From contig NW_026867490.1 of NCBI RefSeq assembly GCF_020745735.1, forward strand, positions 496,001 through 560,000: DNA of 64,000 nucleotides, in the 5' to 3' direction. The stretch's first letter is position 1; each line of letters begins with the position of its first letter. Both the position numbers and the translations under genes were made by a program. This DNA comes from Hemiscyllium ocellatum. Its lineage: Eukaryota. Shown here in pieces: positions 38,467 to 51,775 of this stretch. The notes below the pieces were generated by a model. It searched no databases, had not been told where the DNA came from, and saw nothing but the letters and a program-made list of their open reading frames with translations.

Positions 38467-38608
38467 ATATCAAGTTGTCTGCCTGGTCACTTAGAGATCA
38501 AGCTGTCCCTCAGGTCAGGTGAAGATCAAAGTGTATCTCAGGTCAGTTAGATATCAGATTGTTTCGAAATTCAGTGAGCAATAAAACTGTATCTTCGGTC
38601 AGTTAGTG
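38467..38608. repeat. Degenerate tandem repeat, about 28-bp unit, about 5 copies
   Basis: Units such as gatcaagctgtccctcaggtcaggtgaa and gatcaaagtgtatctcaggtcagttaga. Confidence 0.6.
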
Positions 38609-38879
38609 ACAATCTGTCTATACCTGCAAATAAACATAATACACGAGGCATGTCTCACTATTGTAATGTAGAAATGGAATCGTGATTATCGACATTAACA
38701 GATTTGCAGATCCAGCAACTTGTCACAAAGCTGGTATTTTTCTCAGAGCTGTTCCTTTTCTCAAGAATACTGTGTCCTTGATTTTTTTTTTCGGAGGTGC
38801 CATAAAAACCTCTCCAATCCGAGGCGGCCAATTTGGTGCAGAGGTGAAAAAGGATTTTGAGAGATATTTTGTTCATACA

Positions 38880-39800
38880 TAAACAGGTGAGACTTCAGGC
38901 CAAACTGGTCATGTCTTAGAAGTGAACTGTATAATGAAATGGGAGTGGCCGGCTGCACAGTTTAGTCCAGAACTCGTTAGGAGTCCAGCTGTGTAGAAAC
39001 AGCCTGCCAAACTCTCTCCTTCTGTCCTTCTGACTTCAACCTATAAGCTGTTCCATTGTTACAACTCTATAAAGAAATACGCTTATCGGGGCTGTTGTTT
39101 ATATACCAAACAGTACAACTAAGTCTAGTTTGAATATACTGAGTCCTGTAGCGCTTCTTTTTTGTGTATGTTTCATTGTGTAATTTTGTGAATAATTTTG
39201 TCTGTGTTGAAACCAGGTAATCAAACTAGCTAACATACTCCAGGTAATTTTCCCTGTCCACTTAAGGAAACAAATTGCAAAGGTATGGTTTGTGGTCCCT
39301 GCTTAAGCATATTTTGAGAGGTCTGGCCTAGTCCATAACAGATTACAGACACTTTGCGGGATTTTAAATAGGGAGTGGTAGTTGTCATTGTCTTTATTTC
39401 AGGTATTTGTTTGATTGGGTAGACAAAGTTTGGGATTGTAATGATTCTTTCAGTCCCTAAACGTTTTCTGGAAATGGATGCGGTGACTTTGGAAGTTTTG
39501 CAAAACACAAATAAGACCAAACTGCAGGAATTAGCAGACAAGCGTGGATTGGACCTGGCTGCTTCTGTGAGGAAAGGAGAGATATTTTATACCAGCACTT
39601 CAGCATTAAAACTTGCTGGATAAACAATTAGAATGTAGAGGAATGGCAAGAATTCAATTTCAAAATGAAGCAGCTTTTATTTGAGGCAGCAGATAAGGAA
39701 CAGAGGTGAAATTAATATTCAACGAATCTTCAAATTTCGTCACTGTTACTTGATTTTGTCAGACTGTGTCTGCACAGTTAATATCTTCAGAAACAGAGAA
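38880..39800 (+). mobile_element. Gypsy LTR 3' part plus gag N-terminus fragment (same family as the 50-57 kb element)
   Basis: LTR end gagaggtctggcctagtccataaca (39340) matches gaggggtctgccctgtttcataaca (50594). MILSVPKRFLEMDAVTLEVLQ...SVRKGE is similar to MAISVTNRFLAVEELTLRVLQ...SVRK at about 50720. Confidence 0.8.
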
Positions 39801-40379
39801 AGAAATGGAACATAATCCTTCCATTCTCATTTATTTCTCAACCATCTTATCAAGCTCAGGGAATATATTGCAATTCGAGATAAAATACAATTAAAGTGAA
39901 TAACGCTGACATGTGGGCATTTTGCACCTTGAGAACCTACCTATTAAGCGAGCAGCAGGAATAAGGAATGTGAAAATAATGAGAGCCGTCATATTTGCAG
40001 ACTTGATAGCAGGTTTGAACAGAGGAAGACGAAGCTGAATTGTTGCACATCAGAGCATACTTGAGTCGTATCCAGTCTCACTGCCAAGTGAATATTTTCT
40101 GTCGGAATGACAAGTTCACTCTCAATCAGCACACGGAAGTTTTCTTCTTCAGTCCATTACGTCAAAAATATCATCAAAGCAATATTGAAGGCAGGAGCTC
40201 GAGAAGGTCATTTGTCACATTCAATTTGTTGGTCCACCCATTAAGATTCATCTACCTCATGCATACTTTCCAGCAGTTGTTCCAAACCTGTTTCCTTTAG
40301 CATGTAATAATCCTTCAACATAGGAACGACGACCGTTTGGGATACTGAATGGTGATGAAATTATTATTTTTTAAATCTC

Positions 40380-41050
40380 AATTACCGTCAGCGAGTCATC
40401 GAAATGTCCATCACGGAAACAGACCTTTTGGTCCAACGCATCCATGCTGTTCAGATATCATCAGCTAATGTTGTCTCATTTTCGAGAACTTGGCTCATAT
40501 CCCTCTAAACCATTCCTATTCATACAGCAATGCCTATCCCTTTTAATTGTTTAAATTGCATCAGCCTCTACCACGTCCTCTCACAGCTCACACCAGGTAC
40601 GCACCATCCTCTGTGTGAAAAATTTGCTTATTAGGTCCCTTTTAAGTGTATCCCCTCTTATCATAAAGCTATGCTCACTCGTTCTGGACACCTCCACCCG
40701 AGGGAAAAGATCTTAACTATTTACCCTGTCCATGCCCATCATGACTTTATAAACCTCTTTCACGTCACCGGTCAGCCTCTGACAGTTCAGGAAATAACAG
40801 CCCAGCCTATTCAGCCTCTGCCTATAGAGTCATACGGCACAGAAACAGTCCCTTGACTCCAAACACTCCATGTTGATCATCAACCAAAACTAAACTGGTC
40901 CTAACTACTTTAGCTTGGCCCATATCCCCCCAAAGCTTTCTTATTCATGTCCTTATCCAAATGGCTTTTTAAAATTGGAATTGTTTGCGCATTCACCACT
41001 TCGTCTGTCAGTTCATTCCACATACAGACCACTCTACGTCAAAATTTTGC
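40380..41050 (-). mobile_element. CR1 LINE 3' fragments (probably two)
   Basis: Antisense CR1 3' UTR (acggaaacagaccttttggtccaac...; ggcacagaaacagtccctt). Confidence 0.75.
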
Positions 41051-41302
41051 TTCCCCTGCTTTTTTTTTATTGGAGTCAATCTTTGATTTGAGTCAATGAT
41101 GCATAATGATGAATGTTGGTGTGGTATCATTGACGGAAAATGCCATTAAACAACTTGCTCGCTAACCATGAACTGAACATGCACCTGCTGTAAGGACGGA
41201 CTTAAGGCAAGCTGTACTTTGTATTGGGAAATTGATTGTACTGACAATTCATAATAATAGTCACAAATCTGAAACATTGAGGGCAGGTGAGAGTGTCCTG
41301 TC

Positions 41303-41341
41303 CGTTTTTGTACAGGCTGAATGGTTCTCTGAATCAAGGTG
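41303..41341 (-). other. 23-RSS of the V at 41342-41641
   Basis: CACCTTG + 23 nt + ACAAAAACG. Confidence 0.9.
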
Positions 41342-41761
41342 GAGCTCAGTGCACAGTGGTAGTCAGCAGAGTCAGACTGACGAGTTCCAATAATTCTCAA
41401 AGGGACCTCTTGTTTATCTTCATCTAAGTTAGCAGAAAACCCGTCAAGGAAATCACGGGAGGTAAACCCATCTTCCTTATTGTACCTCTTCAGTAAATAT
41501 ATCGGAGCTTTGCTGGGATACTGGATGCACCAGAAGAGAGCACGAACATTGATTTGTAAATACAGTCCAATATTGCCGTTTGTCCTTCCTGAATCGTTAA
41601 TTGAGACGTTTTCTGGGAAATTGAATCTTGACCACTTGCTCCTGAAACAAATATGAAAAGGTGTTAAAATCATGTGCGTGAATGTATTGAAGAAACACTC
41701 AGTGATGGTTTTGTTCAGACTTACCCGGCTGCACTGTCATGATTAACTGTAACGCTCTCAT
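41342..41761 (-). pseudogene. TCR alpha/delta V segment pseudogene (leader 41725-41761, V exon 41342-41641)
   Basis: Leader MRALQLIMTVQP-G|gtaagt; 83-nt intron with canonical ends; GASGQDSISQKTSQLTIQEGQTAILDCIYK, then a 1-nt frameshift in CDR1, then NVRALFWCIQYPSKAPIYLLKRYNKEDGFTSRDFLDGFSANLDEDKQEVPLRIIGTRQSDSADYHCALS. Confidence 0.93.
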
Positions 41762-43149
41762 GGAACACGTTTCTTCAGGATTAACCTCAAATATCAAACT
41801 TTTAAAGACAAACTTTGGCACTTTGTCTTTTTTTTTCCAAATCACCCTGTTCAGATTGGTTATGACAGTTATGGCATGGAACTTAAAACCAGGGTTTCCA
41901 CAGCACCAAAGACTTCAATCTGATATCAACGATTGAGCTCTGAAAAGGCAAAGACTTCTTTTATTCGTCAATGGAGGGGCATTGCACCGTGCTGTGATTG
42001 TTTGGATCCAACAATGCCAGTGAACCAGCCACTCTTGTCTTTGCAGCTTCGACCACTATCTCTAAGATCAGGGATTAGCACTCGCTGATATCAGGAATGT
42101 TTTGAATCTTGCCCCAAAGTTTCAGAATCTTTGAAAAGTGTAAACATCCTCGCAACATCTACAGTGACATCGTTGCTTATGACAATGTGTGTTTCGTACA
42201 GATCAACGCCCAGCTTTGCTTTGCCAATGCTTGAGAAGTATCTCATTTGGTTGTTAGCATGTCACATCTCCCACACTGACAGGGAGTGGTCAGTGGGAGA
42301 GAAAACGTGCACAGACGCTCTATTCCACATTCCTTCTCTGTACATTTTCTCTGTGATTCAGCCTTTTTTGCTTTCCGGGTACTGTCAGCATAGAGGGAAC
42401 TTATATGGTCGGTCTTTTCCGCAAGATGTTCTATGATATTTTTAATGGAACAGTACGGGGATGGGGTGGTGAATTCTGTGCTGACTCAATTCATTTTGAC
42501 TTCGGGAAAGAGTGATTATGGCGGGTATTTTATTTCACATCCTCCCTGCGTTGGAGCTGACGGCACTTGAAACAAATTTGGCGGAGATTTTTCTGAGTAT
42601 CTAACGTTTTCCTTCTGCTTGATCTTTTCAGAACTTATTGATGAACAATGACAATTTTAAAAAACTTTACGGGGAACATACATACAAGGAGAAAATATCC
42701 ATCATTCACGATTTGTGTAGTCGAGGCTGAACATATTCTTTTGGAAATCCATCTGATCAGTATAAATGATCACGTACTGTATTGTTTTAATGACATCGCG
42801 AACAGGGAACAGCGGCAAAGTCAAAACACATCTTTGAATACAGGAGCCATCATAATAACACAATCAACGCTATGACAATGAGAATGATTTAGTGGAAGAA
42901 AATATCGTCAATAATTTTTTAGTACTATTTATGAAGAAAATTAAAGTCATTGTTTAAAAGACAGTATTTCACTGGATGGCGCTGTCAGATTACGCATGTC
43001 ACCCCTGAAAGCTGGCATTACACGAATCATCTTTGCATCTGGCATTTCGCTCTGTACCATGTGTCAATGAAAATGTCAGCTGGTTGAAGCCATACCCAGA
43101 AATGATTGCTTGAGGTTGTTGGATCCCTGTCAACTCTGTCTGAGGAGTT

Positions 43150-43810
43150 ATATGCAGGAGTTACTCGAACGAATGACAAGAACCCACTCCTTTCACCTGC
43201 CTTATCAATGACTCTCCTTCCATCATTGGATCAGAGATCGCAGGCCCAGGGACTGAAATTACAGATCTAGGGGTTGTTCCCTCACTGCGCACATGGCAAC
43301 AAAGTGTCCCCACTGTCTGATCCTGTGAAACAATGAAGGTTTTGAGTCTAGCTTCTGAACCTTCTGCATTGCATGTCCTGGGCTCCAAGAAGTCGACATG
43401 TTCCATGACTCTCGTACAGAATTTAGCACTAATTGTACGCAAATGCAGCTAGACCTGATTGGCATTTGAGCCTGATGCAAAACATTTGCAATACCATCTT
43501 CAACAAAAGATAGTCCAACCACCATCATTGGATTTCAATACCATTGCCTGACTGAAATGGCACTTTCAAAGTCCGAGTGGTTCCGTTCATCAGAAACTCG
43601 ACCAGCCATATAACTGTGATTAAATGAGCGTTTCACAATATAGGAACAAGCAAATCATTCACCGTCTGTCTCCCTCACACATGTCATCGGCTGCAAGGAC
43701 AGAGGTCAGATATGTGGTAGAATACTCTTCATTTATCTTGAACAATGCAACTCTTGCGACACTAAGGAAGCTCGACAACATTCAAGACAAAAGATTTCAG
43801 TGCCGATGTC
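43150..43810 (+). mobile_element. Degenerate CR1/L2-group LINE RT fragment
   Basis: TFTCLINDSPSIIGSE (F..FINDL motif) and the downstream LRKLDNIQDK. Confidence 0.65.
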
Positions 43811-44719
43811 AGTGAAGAACAGATCTTCACTGAAACGAAAATGCGTGCTTTGAAATCATATTAGCTTTGTATGATGTAAGTTGTTGCAATTATGTGTAAA
43901 AAAAAGACATGGAATTGATAGCGTCCTTAAAAGCAACAGATATCATAGAATGACTTATAAAGATAATTGGTATGAATCCAGTTGTACGAATGCAATTCAC
44001 AAGCACACTTGTTCAATGTTAGATTTAGATAAGTAAGTTGTTATTTGCTAACTTTAAACTTGGTACCAGAGATTGATTTTTATTTAACCAGAAGAATTTG
44101 CTGCATGACAGGCTACACCACAGTTCATGTTTGATTTTTACTGAGTAAAGTCTAGGTACGCCTCTTTGGGTGTTTCCATTTTAGTTTTCAGAGGAGGTTG
44201 GTCAACCTCCACTTGCAACAATTGTCACACATTTCCAAACAATGATTTTTGTCTTCATTCATGTGTGGAAATTAGCTATCGCTGAAGACAAGTATTTGTT
44301 GCCCATCACTAATTTTCACTGATCAGCGTTGTTTACAGTGCTATTTCAGAAGAAAGTTAAGAGTCAACTGCATTCCTGTGGATCTGAAATCACAAACGTT
44401 TGTGAACACATGAGGAGGCATCTTCCTTCCCCACCTGGCATCATTGAACCATTTTTGAAATCACTACAATTGCCATTAATCATCATGCTCTCCAAGCCAA
44501 GGCTTTTTTTTTAAATTGCAAAATTACTGGATGAACTAAACTTCCAACAGCTGGCATAGTGAGGCATAGCCCCAGAATCTCCCACCTGGCCTTGTTAAAA
44601 TATTGATTTCCACAGTTGCAATTTTAGTCAACATATTGATGATGCGACAGCAATGGTGTTACCTTTGGGATTAGGCCACTTTTTATTTGATTTGATTTAT
44701 TGTACACTCATATAACTAA

Positions 44720-45110
44720 ATACGTTAAAAAAATGTTTTGTTTTGCGCACAGTACAGGCAGATCACAAAAAACATGAGGGTACTGAGCCAGAGCGAAGCA
44801 TAGGTGGGTATTGTTCCACAAGAGGCATACGGAACATTAGGAAGATCATAATTTTTTGAACACCTACTCAGAATTCCATTAACGGTAGGGAAGAAGTTGA
44901 TCTTGAACCTTTTTGTGAGTGTTGACGTTTCTGTATCTTTTGAATGACAGAAGAGAGGATTACGTGTCTGGGAGAGATCTTTAATAATATTGACAGCCTT
45001 TCTGTGGCAAGGAGATGTAAATGGAGTCCAAGGATGGAAGTTTGGTTGCTGTGATGGTCTGAGATGTTCATACCAACTTTCTGTGGAGCATGTTGAATTC
45101 AGAGAAGGAA
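44720..45110 (-). mobile_element. Rex1/Babar-like LINE 3' end
   Basis: CHRKAVNIIKDLSQTRNPLF...KRFKINFFP resembles the RKA..IIKDP.HP...F...KNSFFP C-terminal motif. Confidence 0.65.
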
Positions 45111-47419
45111 AAATATTCAAATCAGGCTGAACTCCTGAAGTTATTACTTAAAAATAAGAGACAGATCTTCAAAACATGAATAAGCTCTTTTTTTAAACTT
45201 GAGAATATTGTTTGGAATTTTCTTCTTCCTCAAAAGGCAATCAAAGTAGTGTCCACGAACATTTTCAGGATCGAAATGTCCGGATTCTTGACAAACAAGA
45301 GAGTGAAGTCTTATTGATTAGGTAGGAAGACCAGGTGATCAAATCAGCCAAGACATGACTGAAAGACCGAGAAGCACGGAAGGCTGCAGAAACTATGCTA
45401 GCACTAATGTCCAGATGTATTTCCTGTAGAGAATCTCAGGGTTTCACCCACTTGCATTTCCTCAAACTCTTAATTGTCTTGTGTTCCCAATACACGTGCA
45501 ACCAAAGTGCAGTAATACAGGGTGTTGGCTTTCATCACAACATTTTCGTCAACAGTTGAAAGTTTCTCGTGCGTGCCTGAGATTCCCACTGGAATGTTCA
45601 ATGCTGGGAGCTGTTTGTGGGTCTGAGGAGTTAGCGTGTATGCCCACGTTAACAGAATAGATCGCGCATTGCAAATGAATTCGATTCTGAGTAATCACAG
45701 CTTCTCGCTGATTTTTCGTCTGCTTCTGCTATGATTCCTTTTGTGACAGGGGCACTGTGTCTCCATTGATCACTCCTGAAAATAGCGAGCGCCCAGCGAG
45801 TTGAAGTAAGGAACGGAAAATAAATAAGTCCATGGAAATGATGATAAACACCAGTATGTACACGAGGAAATTAAGCAGAAGGATGACAAAAATCAGGAAG
45901 ATAACCAGAGTCAGGCAGAGCTACGCAGACATAACGATCAGTGACTGTCTAAGTCTGGAAATGGATAACGTTCGAAAAAGGGGAAAGTATTTGATCCACT
46001 CAGACAGGGCAATGACCAGAATTAGACAAATTTTCACGCGCATGGTCCCAATCTGAACACGTTGAAAAGAAATAAGAGAAGTAATCAGCGTTTGCTTTGA
46101 TTTGGAAATGCAGAATTTCAAACTTCATGTGGGGTATTATGTTATCGACTCTAATGCACGTGCTCTGCCCATTTTACATCCTCAGACAACCACATTGTGT
46201 CGAAACCGTTTGTGCTCCATCTTAACGGATCAGAGAGGACCCTGCCATAGACCAAGTGACGGTAGCCCGATGCTATCGTCTGTACAGTGAATTGACATGA
46301 ATGGGAGACGTTGTGAGTAATGTTCCAGTGCATATTTCAATTGCTGCCATTTTTAAAACCCTTTTCTGCTTCTTGTTTTGGTTGTGAGGGAGAGAGATGC
46401 TTGATAAATATTTGGGAGGTGGGTGTGGTTGAGATATCGTGCTTGGCTTGGTTGAGGAATGATACTTCGACCCTTGGGCTGACAGATAGTTTAGGGTGGG
46501 CGAGGAGATTCCCTGATTGGTATGTTTGCATGCAATAACATCAGACCCACTGAATGCCAAGGGGAAATATAACAGGAATAATAAACAGTTACAGAACTAG
46601 AAATTGCTTCTGCTAACGTAATGACGTTAAATAAAGTCAGGTCCTTGTGCGTGGCCCTGACAAAACGGATAAGATTTTGAATGAGCTTCCACTAGGATGA
46701 AATACACGGGATATAATAAGCACATGGCAATGCATTTGCGATAAGAAAACATATTTTGTAGATCCGTGGTGTTGTGGTGTGGTGTGGTGTTGGGATTCCT
46801 TCGCACTGTTAATGGTGAGTATTGTGAACATTTTCGGAGGGAGTTATACTTCGATGGAAAAATTCAGCTGCAGAGAGAAGTAGTAAGATTCAATTATGAT
46901 GCAGAAAGTTAAAACTAGTTGAGTCTTTACGAATGACGCTGTAATTTCCAAATACAATCATCAATCTGTGTCTCACTTGGAAAGTTAAATCATGCATTTG
47001 GGTCAAACGGGACTGGTGAAAATAAATAGCTCAGTTGTCGTCGGCTTCAACGTGAATGCATTTCCGAATTTTTCACAAAGCTGAATTCAAATTAGATTGC
47101 ACGTCTTAAAACATTCGACTCGGATCTGCAAAACATGTTTTCTGTGTCTTTTTTTCCTCTGCCACACTCAATGACTGACTGGGGCATCTGGCAAACCGCT
47201 GGCTGAATAAAAAAAGAGTTTGCATTTTTGGTGACCCCACTGCCTGTTTCTTTAAATTTCTTCAGCAGTCAGAGAAGCGTCCACCAATGGGAAACATTCA
47301 TTCCTGTCCATTCTAGCTACATTCATTCTTGCTCTTTCCATCTCTGCTCTTCATACTTTGCGACATGCTAATCATGACTGCTGACTGTCCAATGTTCGAA
47401 TGAAAATAAACAAGTCTGT

Positions 47420-47810
47420 CCATGTATTCTTCCTAACTAGAAGTCTTCAGCCAAGTCAACATCTAGTAAACCTTCTCTTGCGCAATAACATTCTTTCCAT
47501 ATTGAGAATTCCAAAACTCAACACTATAATTTCGCTGCCACCGAACCAACATTACATGCCATTCCATGGGTTCATCGTTCTTGGCTCTATGATTCAACTA
47601 ATAAACCTAACTGCACCGTTACTTTCATAGGTATTCCACTACCTTAATGCACCAGTGGACGGCACGCCAAGGTCTCACTGGTCCTCAGTGCTTTGCAATC
47701 TCCCATGCTATTATTCAATCATTTGCCTTGTTTATTCTGCCCACGTGCATGACCTCGTATTTAGGAAGTTTGAACTCAATTTTCCTCTGAGCAGTGACAA
47801 TCAGAGATGA
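47420..47810 (-). mobile_element. CR1 LINE fragment
   Basis: Antisense FKLPKYEVMHVGRINKA (KCEVMHFG-like) and downstream ORF2 sequence. Confidence 0.75.
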
Positions 47811-48879
47811 TATGGAATTGTGTCTACCCACTTCAGATACAAAATAACACACAAATGTGTGTCTGTGTGTGCGCGTGTGGATGTGTGTCTGGGTGCAAAT
47901 GACCCTCTTCTGGTAGCTCTCGGTATCACTGTCAACCATCTTACTTTTATCAGTCTCTTCTGTTGGTTTATCGGTGTACAATTCAGTGTCTTCTTAGCCC
48001 CTTCTGATGGCGTCTCCCTCGGCTTATTTGGGTTTCAGATTGTTTCGTCCCTTCTGTTGCAATCTCTCTGTATCAACGTACTCAACTTGACTTTGATTTG
48101 AGAGGGTACAATTTAACAAAATTGAGTTGCAGACGACACCTTCAACCTTAATTTCCAAAGTGTTTTGTCGAAATGCAAGGTGCTGAAAGGAACTGAAAGA
48201 GCGGGACAGATATTCTGAGTGAGTACTGAGAAACGCTAATAGGTTCTTACGTTAATTTTTGCACATGATTGCGGACATGGGTGGATTTTTATTTGCCTAT
48301 CCCTACAGTTATCTGCAACCTAGTGATGCTATCGTTGGACTGTGGTGGACAAAGTTAGAAGTCTGATGACACCACGTTAGAATCCAGCAGATTTATTTAA
48401 AATCACAATATCTCATAGCACTGCTCCTTTTGTTGGAATATAGCCTGGTATTGGCAGACCTCTGACTGAAGCAAAGAGAGAATTACATTGCTCTTTGTCT
48501 GGTGGCACACGCAGGCTTTGCCAGACCAGGCAAGGCAGACAATTTCATTCCCTATACCTTTTCATTCACCCAGATTGCCTATTCCTGACAAGTGATTCGA
48601 GGTCATCATTAATTGTTAATAACAGCTTTTTTTGCTGATTTATGGTCTGCAACGGCTGGATTTGAATCCCTTTACCGAGAATATTACCTGACAGGTTCAT
48701 CTCATATCTTATGGATCATACCACAAGAAGTTTCCCTTTAGGTATGATCATTATGAAGGTGAAGCTGAACTGCGAAGATAGAGATGCTGATAGTTACGTT
48801 TGAGCTTATGTACAGTGATGTGTGAAATGGGATTTGAGGGCCTGAATCAGAGAAGGGCAGTTTGTGATGCCACGAGGAC

Positions 48880-49280
48880 TTTCATGTGAGGAGTGTTACA
48901 ATGCAGAAGACAAACCCTTCTGCTAATTAAAAACAAACGCTCAGAGAAGCTCACCTTGCCTCGTAATCTGTTAAAATGTCTGAATAAAAGAAGTTCGTTC
49001 ATGCACGCCAGATAAATTGAAAGTAATTATTTATTTAACTGTAACAGGGAACACTAACCAAAACTATTAAGAAAACGAACACACTTACCCACACCTAACC
49101 ACGATCAGTTAGTTGAAAGCAATTCTATCAAAGTGTAGTTCTGATAACACAAATATTGAACATTACGTTAACTTATTTTCTCGTAGTCCATAAGCGTGTT
49201 ATGCTTTCTACCTTCTGGTCTTCCTTCTTGTCTTCCAATTCTGCTATCTTCTCCCTGGGCCATCTTCTTACTTTTACAGA
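48880..49280 (-). mobile_element. Gypsy LTR/gag-start fragment
   Basis: Antisense gag-like KIAELED; shares ttgcctcgtaatctgtt with the LTR-like insert at about 51070. Confidence 0.5.
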
Positions 49281-51017
49281 AAAAAAATACCTTTTGATGA
49301 ATAGTGAATAATGCAATTTCATTGAAACAGTATGTTTATTTCGTCAGATGGCAGTTGCCTAGATAAGATTCCAAAATGCATGCGTTTCTTTTAATACCCC
49401 CAGCAATGTCCCCACTCATTCGTCCAACGTTGTCAATACAACATATTCAAACTCAAGTGTGTTTCAGTATCCTGAGCACAATTTAAATTAATTGGTTAAA
49501 TTTGACTTATTTTTCAAAACTCTGGTATCATTTAACAGCCATTTGTGAGGTGTAGCTACTTTGGAACTGCCTGTATCTTCACTGTTCTGCATTCTCGCAG
49601 CTGTTGCTGCCTTTCAATTTATTTTAAAAATCAGAACGCACTATCTAATTTAACAAGTGAGCATATAGTCTTTCGACTTAGTAACAATTACAATTATCGA
49701 GAGAGGGTACATGGGCAATTTGTGTTGCAGAAATGAACTGTGTTGTATGATAAGCTGGGACGAAATGAAGTGGAGCAGCAAGATAAAATGTCTTCAGAGA
49801 AACATTACTTGAAATCTGAGGAATGTCTTTCAATTGGTAGAAGATGTTGTTTCAAAATGCTTGCTTCTTTGGTTTAATGAAGTGAGAACCAACACATACC
49901 AGCAAAGTGAGAACATCTGATACCTCGAGACAGCATATCATTGAGAGCAGAATTTTAGAATGGGTGTCTTCTGTGACGAAGCTGCCCCTTTAACAAGGTT
50001 ATGCAGACCGTGCCTTTTATCAGAGAAATCATAAATGCAACAGAAACTGAAAGTCTGGTGTGTACTGTTTCATGGCGAATTTGATAACAAATAAGAGATA
50101 TTGCCTCAGACAGTGTCTTTCAATTAAAAAAAACTGCACAATGAAAGGGTTGTGGTCATTTCTATCTATTAAACTTTTCTCTTGTTTATATTTTTTAGCA
50201 GTAGTGTCAAAAAAGCTTCTGGACCCACAAAGGCAGGTCCAAGCTGACACACTCTCTCTTTCTACCTTCTATTCTGTAAGGACTTGTGTTTGGTTTTACC
50301 TATTGTGCCAATAGGTGTTTATAGAAATTGTAGCAAGTATTTGGAACATCCCAACAGTTAAGTTGGGATGATCTGTTTATTTCGGTGAAATTAAGCCATT
50401 CGTTAGTCTGTATTCTATTGTTGTGTATCCTTCAGTAATCTTGTAAATATATTCTGTTTTTCAAAGACGAAGAGTTTTGACCAGTTAATTCTTTCCTGGA
50501 ACATTCACTTTGCACCTACTTAAAATAGCTAGCAAAGTTTTGGTCTTGGCTACTTTCTTGAAATGTTTTGAGGGGTCTGCCCTGTTTCATAACAAATTGT
50601 AGGCTCGTATGGTTTTTGATTTGTAGTTCTCAATCGGGATTTAGGCAGCAGGTGGTAGGTGCTTTTGTCTTTTGTTCCAGGTGTTGATTTTGGTTGGCTT
50701 AAACAGTTCTTGGGCTAGAAATGGCTATTTCAGTCACCAACAGATTTCTGGCGGTCGAAGAACTGACCTTGCGAGTTTTGCAAATGTGTTTAAGGCCAAG
50801 CATTATCTGACACCCTGGAGTTGGAGCTACCTTCTTCTGTGAGGAAGTGAGAGTCGCCAGCAGCCACAGCTCAGCACTGGTGTTTCCTGCAAATGCTAAC
50901 AGAATCTTTAGGGATGGCTAAAATTCAATTGTAAACGATACAACTTCGGTTAGAGAAGAAGGACAAGGAATTAGGACTGCAAGCTGAAGAGAAAGGAAAT
51001 GAAAGAAATAGAGAAAA

Positions 51018-51775
51018 GTGTAACGCAATTGCGGCAAACTTTTCAGTTAACTAAACTAAACGCCCTGAAAAGTTACATTGCCTCGTAATCTGTTCAAGTA
51101 AAAGTGGCAGAGAACGCTCAAATTCCACTACTTAAGGAAAATTATCTCAATTTATTCTTTAACTCTAAAAGTGAACATTAAACAACTTTCACAACTCGTA
51201 CCCTGTCTTTTTCTTGACTGCATAGTACCTCCCTCCAACTCTACAACAATATGATGTTCCAATAAACATTTATTTAAATTAATTTCAAAGCCATACAGTG
51301 GCTGTCATCTCTGGTGTCTTTCTTCTGTTGACTGTAGTTCACCCTGGGTCATCTTCATTCTTTTACTGCGATGATGTTTCATCTGAAAAGATACCTTTGA
51401 CGGGGAGTGTTTCAATATTTTGTGTCTATCTCGACGGCAGTTACTTTCTCGATGGCAGGAACTCTGTCGAAGGCACTTACTCTGCATGACTTTCAAAATG
51501 CCTGCTTTTCAATGTCCCCAACATTTGCTTGTCTCATTGGTTCAATTTTGCAAAGCAATAAATTCAAACCCGACTGTGTTCATTTATCCTGCGGCATAAT
51601 TTAAACCGATTTGTTAAATTCGAATTGGTTTCAAAACAGCAACTAAATCATCTATCCATTTCTCAGTCAAGTTCTGCATATTTTCAATTTTCCTTCACAC
51701 TCTGAGACTGCTAGCTAATCCTCAGAGGTGCTTGACGGCTCTCTGTTCAGAAAAGCATTCGCTCTCTTAAATGAC
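51018..51775 (-). mobile_element. LTR-like insertion nested in the Gypsy gag region
   Basis: Interrupts the E/K-rich gag frame; begins tgtaacg and ends about tgaca; shares a motif with the 48.9 kb fragment. No clear TSD. Confidence 0.4.

Noticed and set aside
46760-46825. Leader-like VVLWCGVVLGFLRTVN-G|gtgagt
   Set aside because: No in-frame ATG and no V or other exon recognisable downstream.
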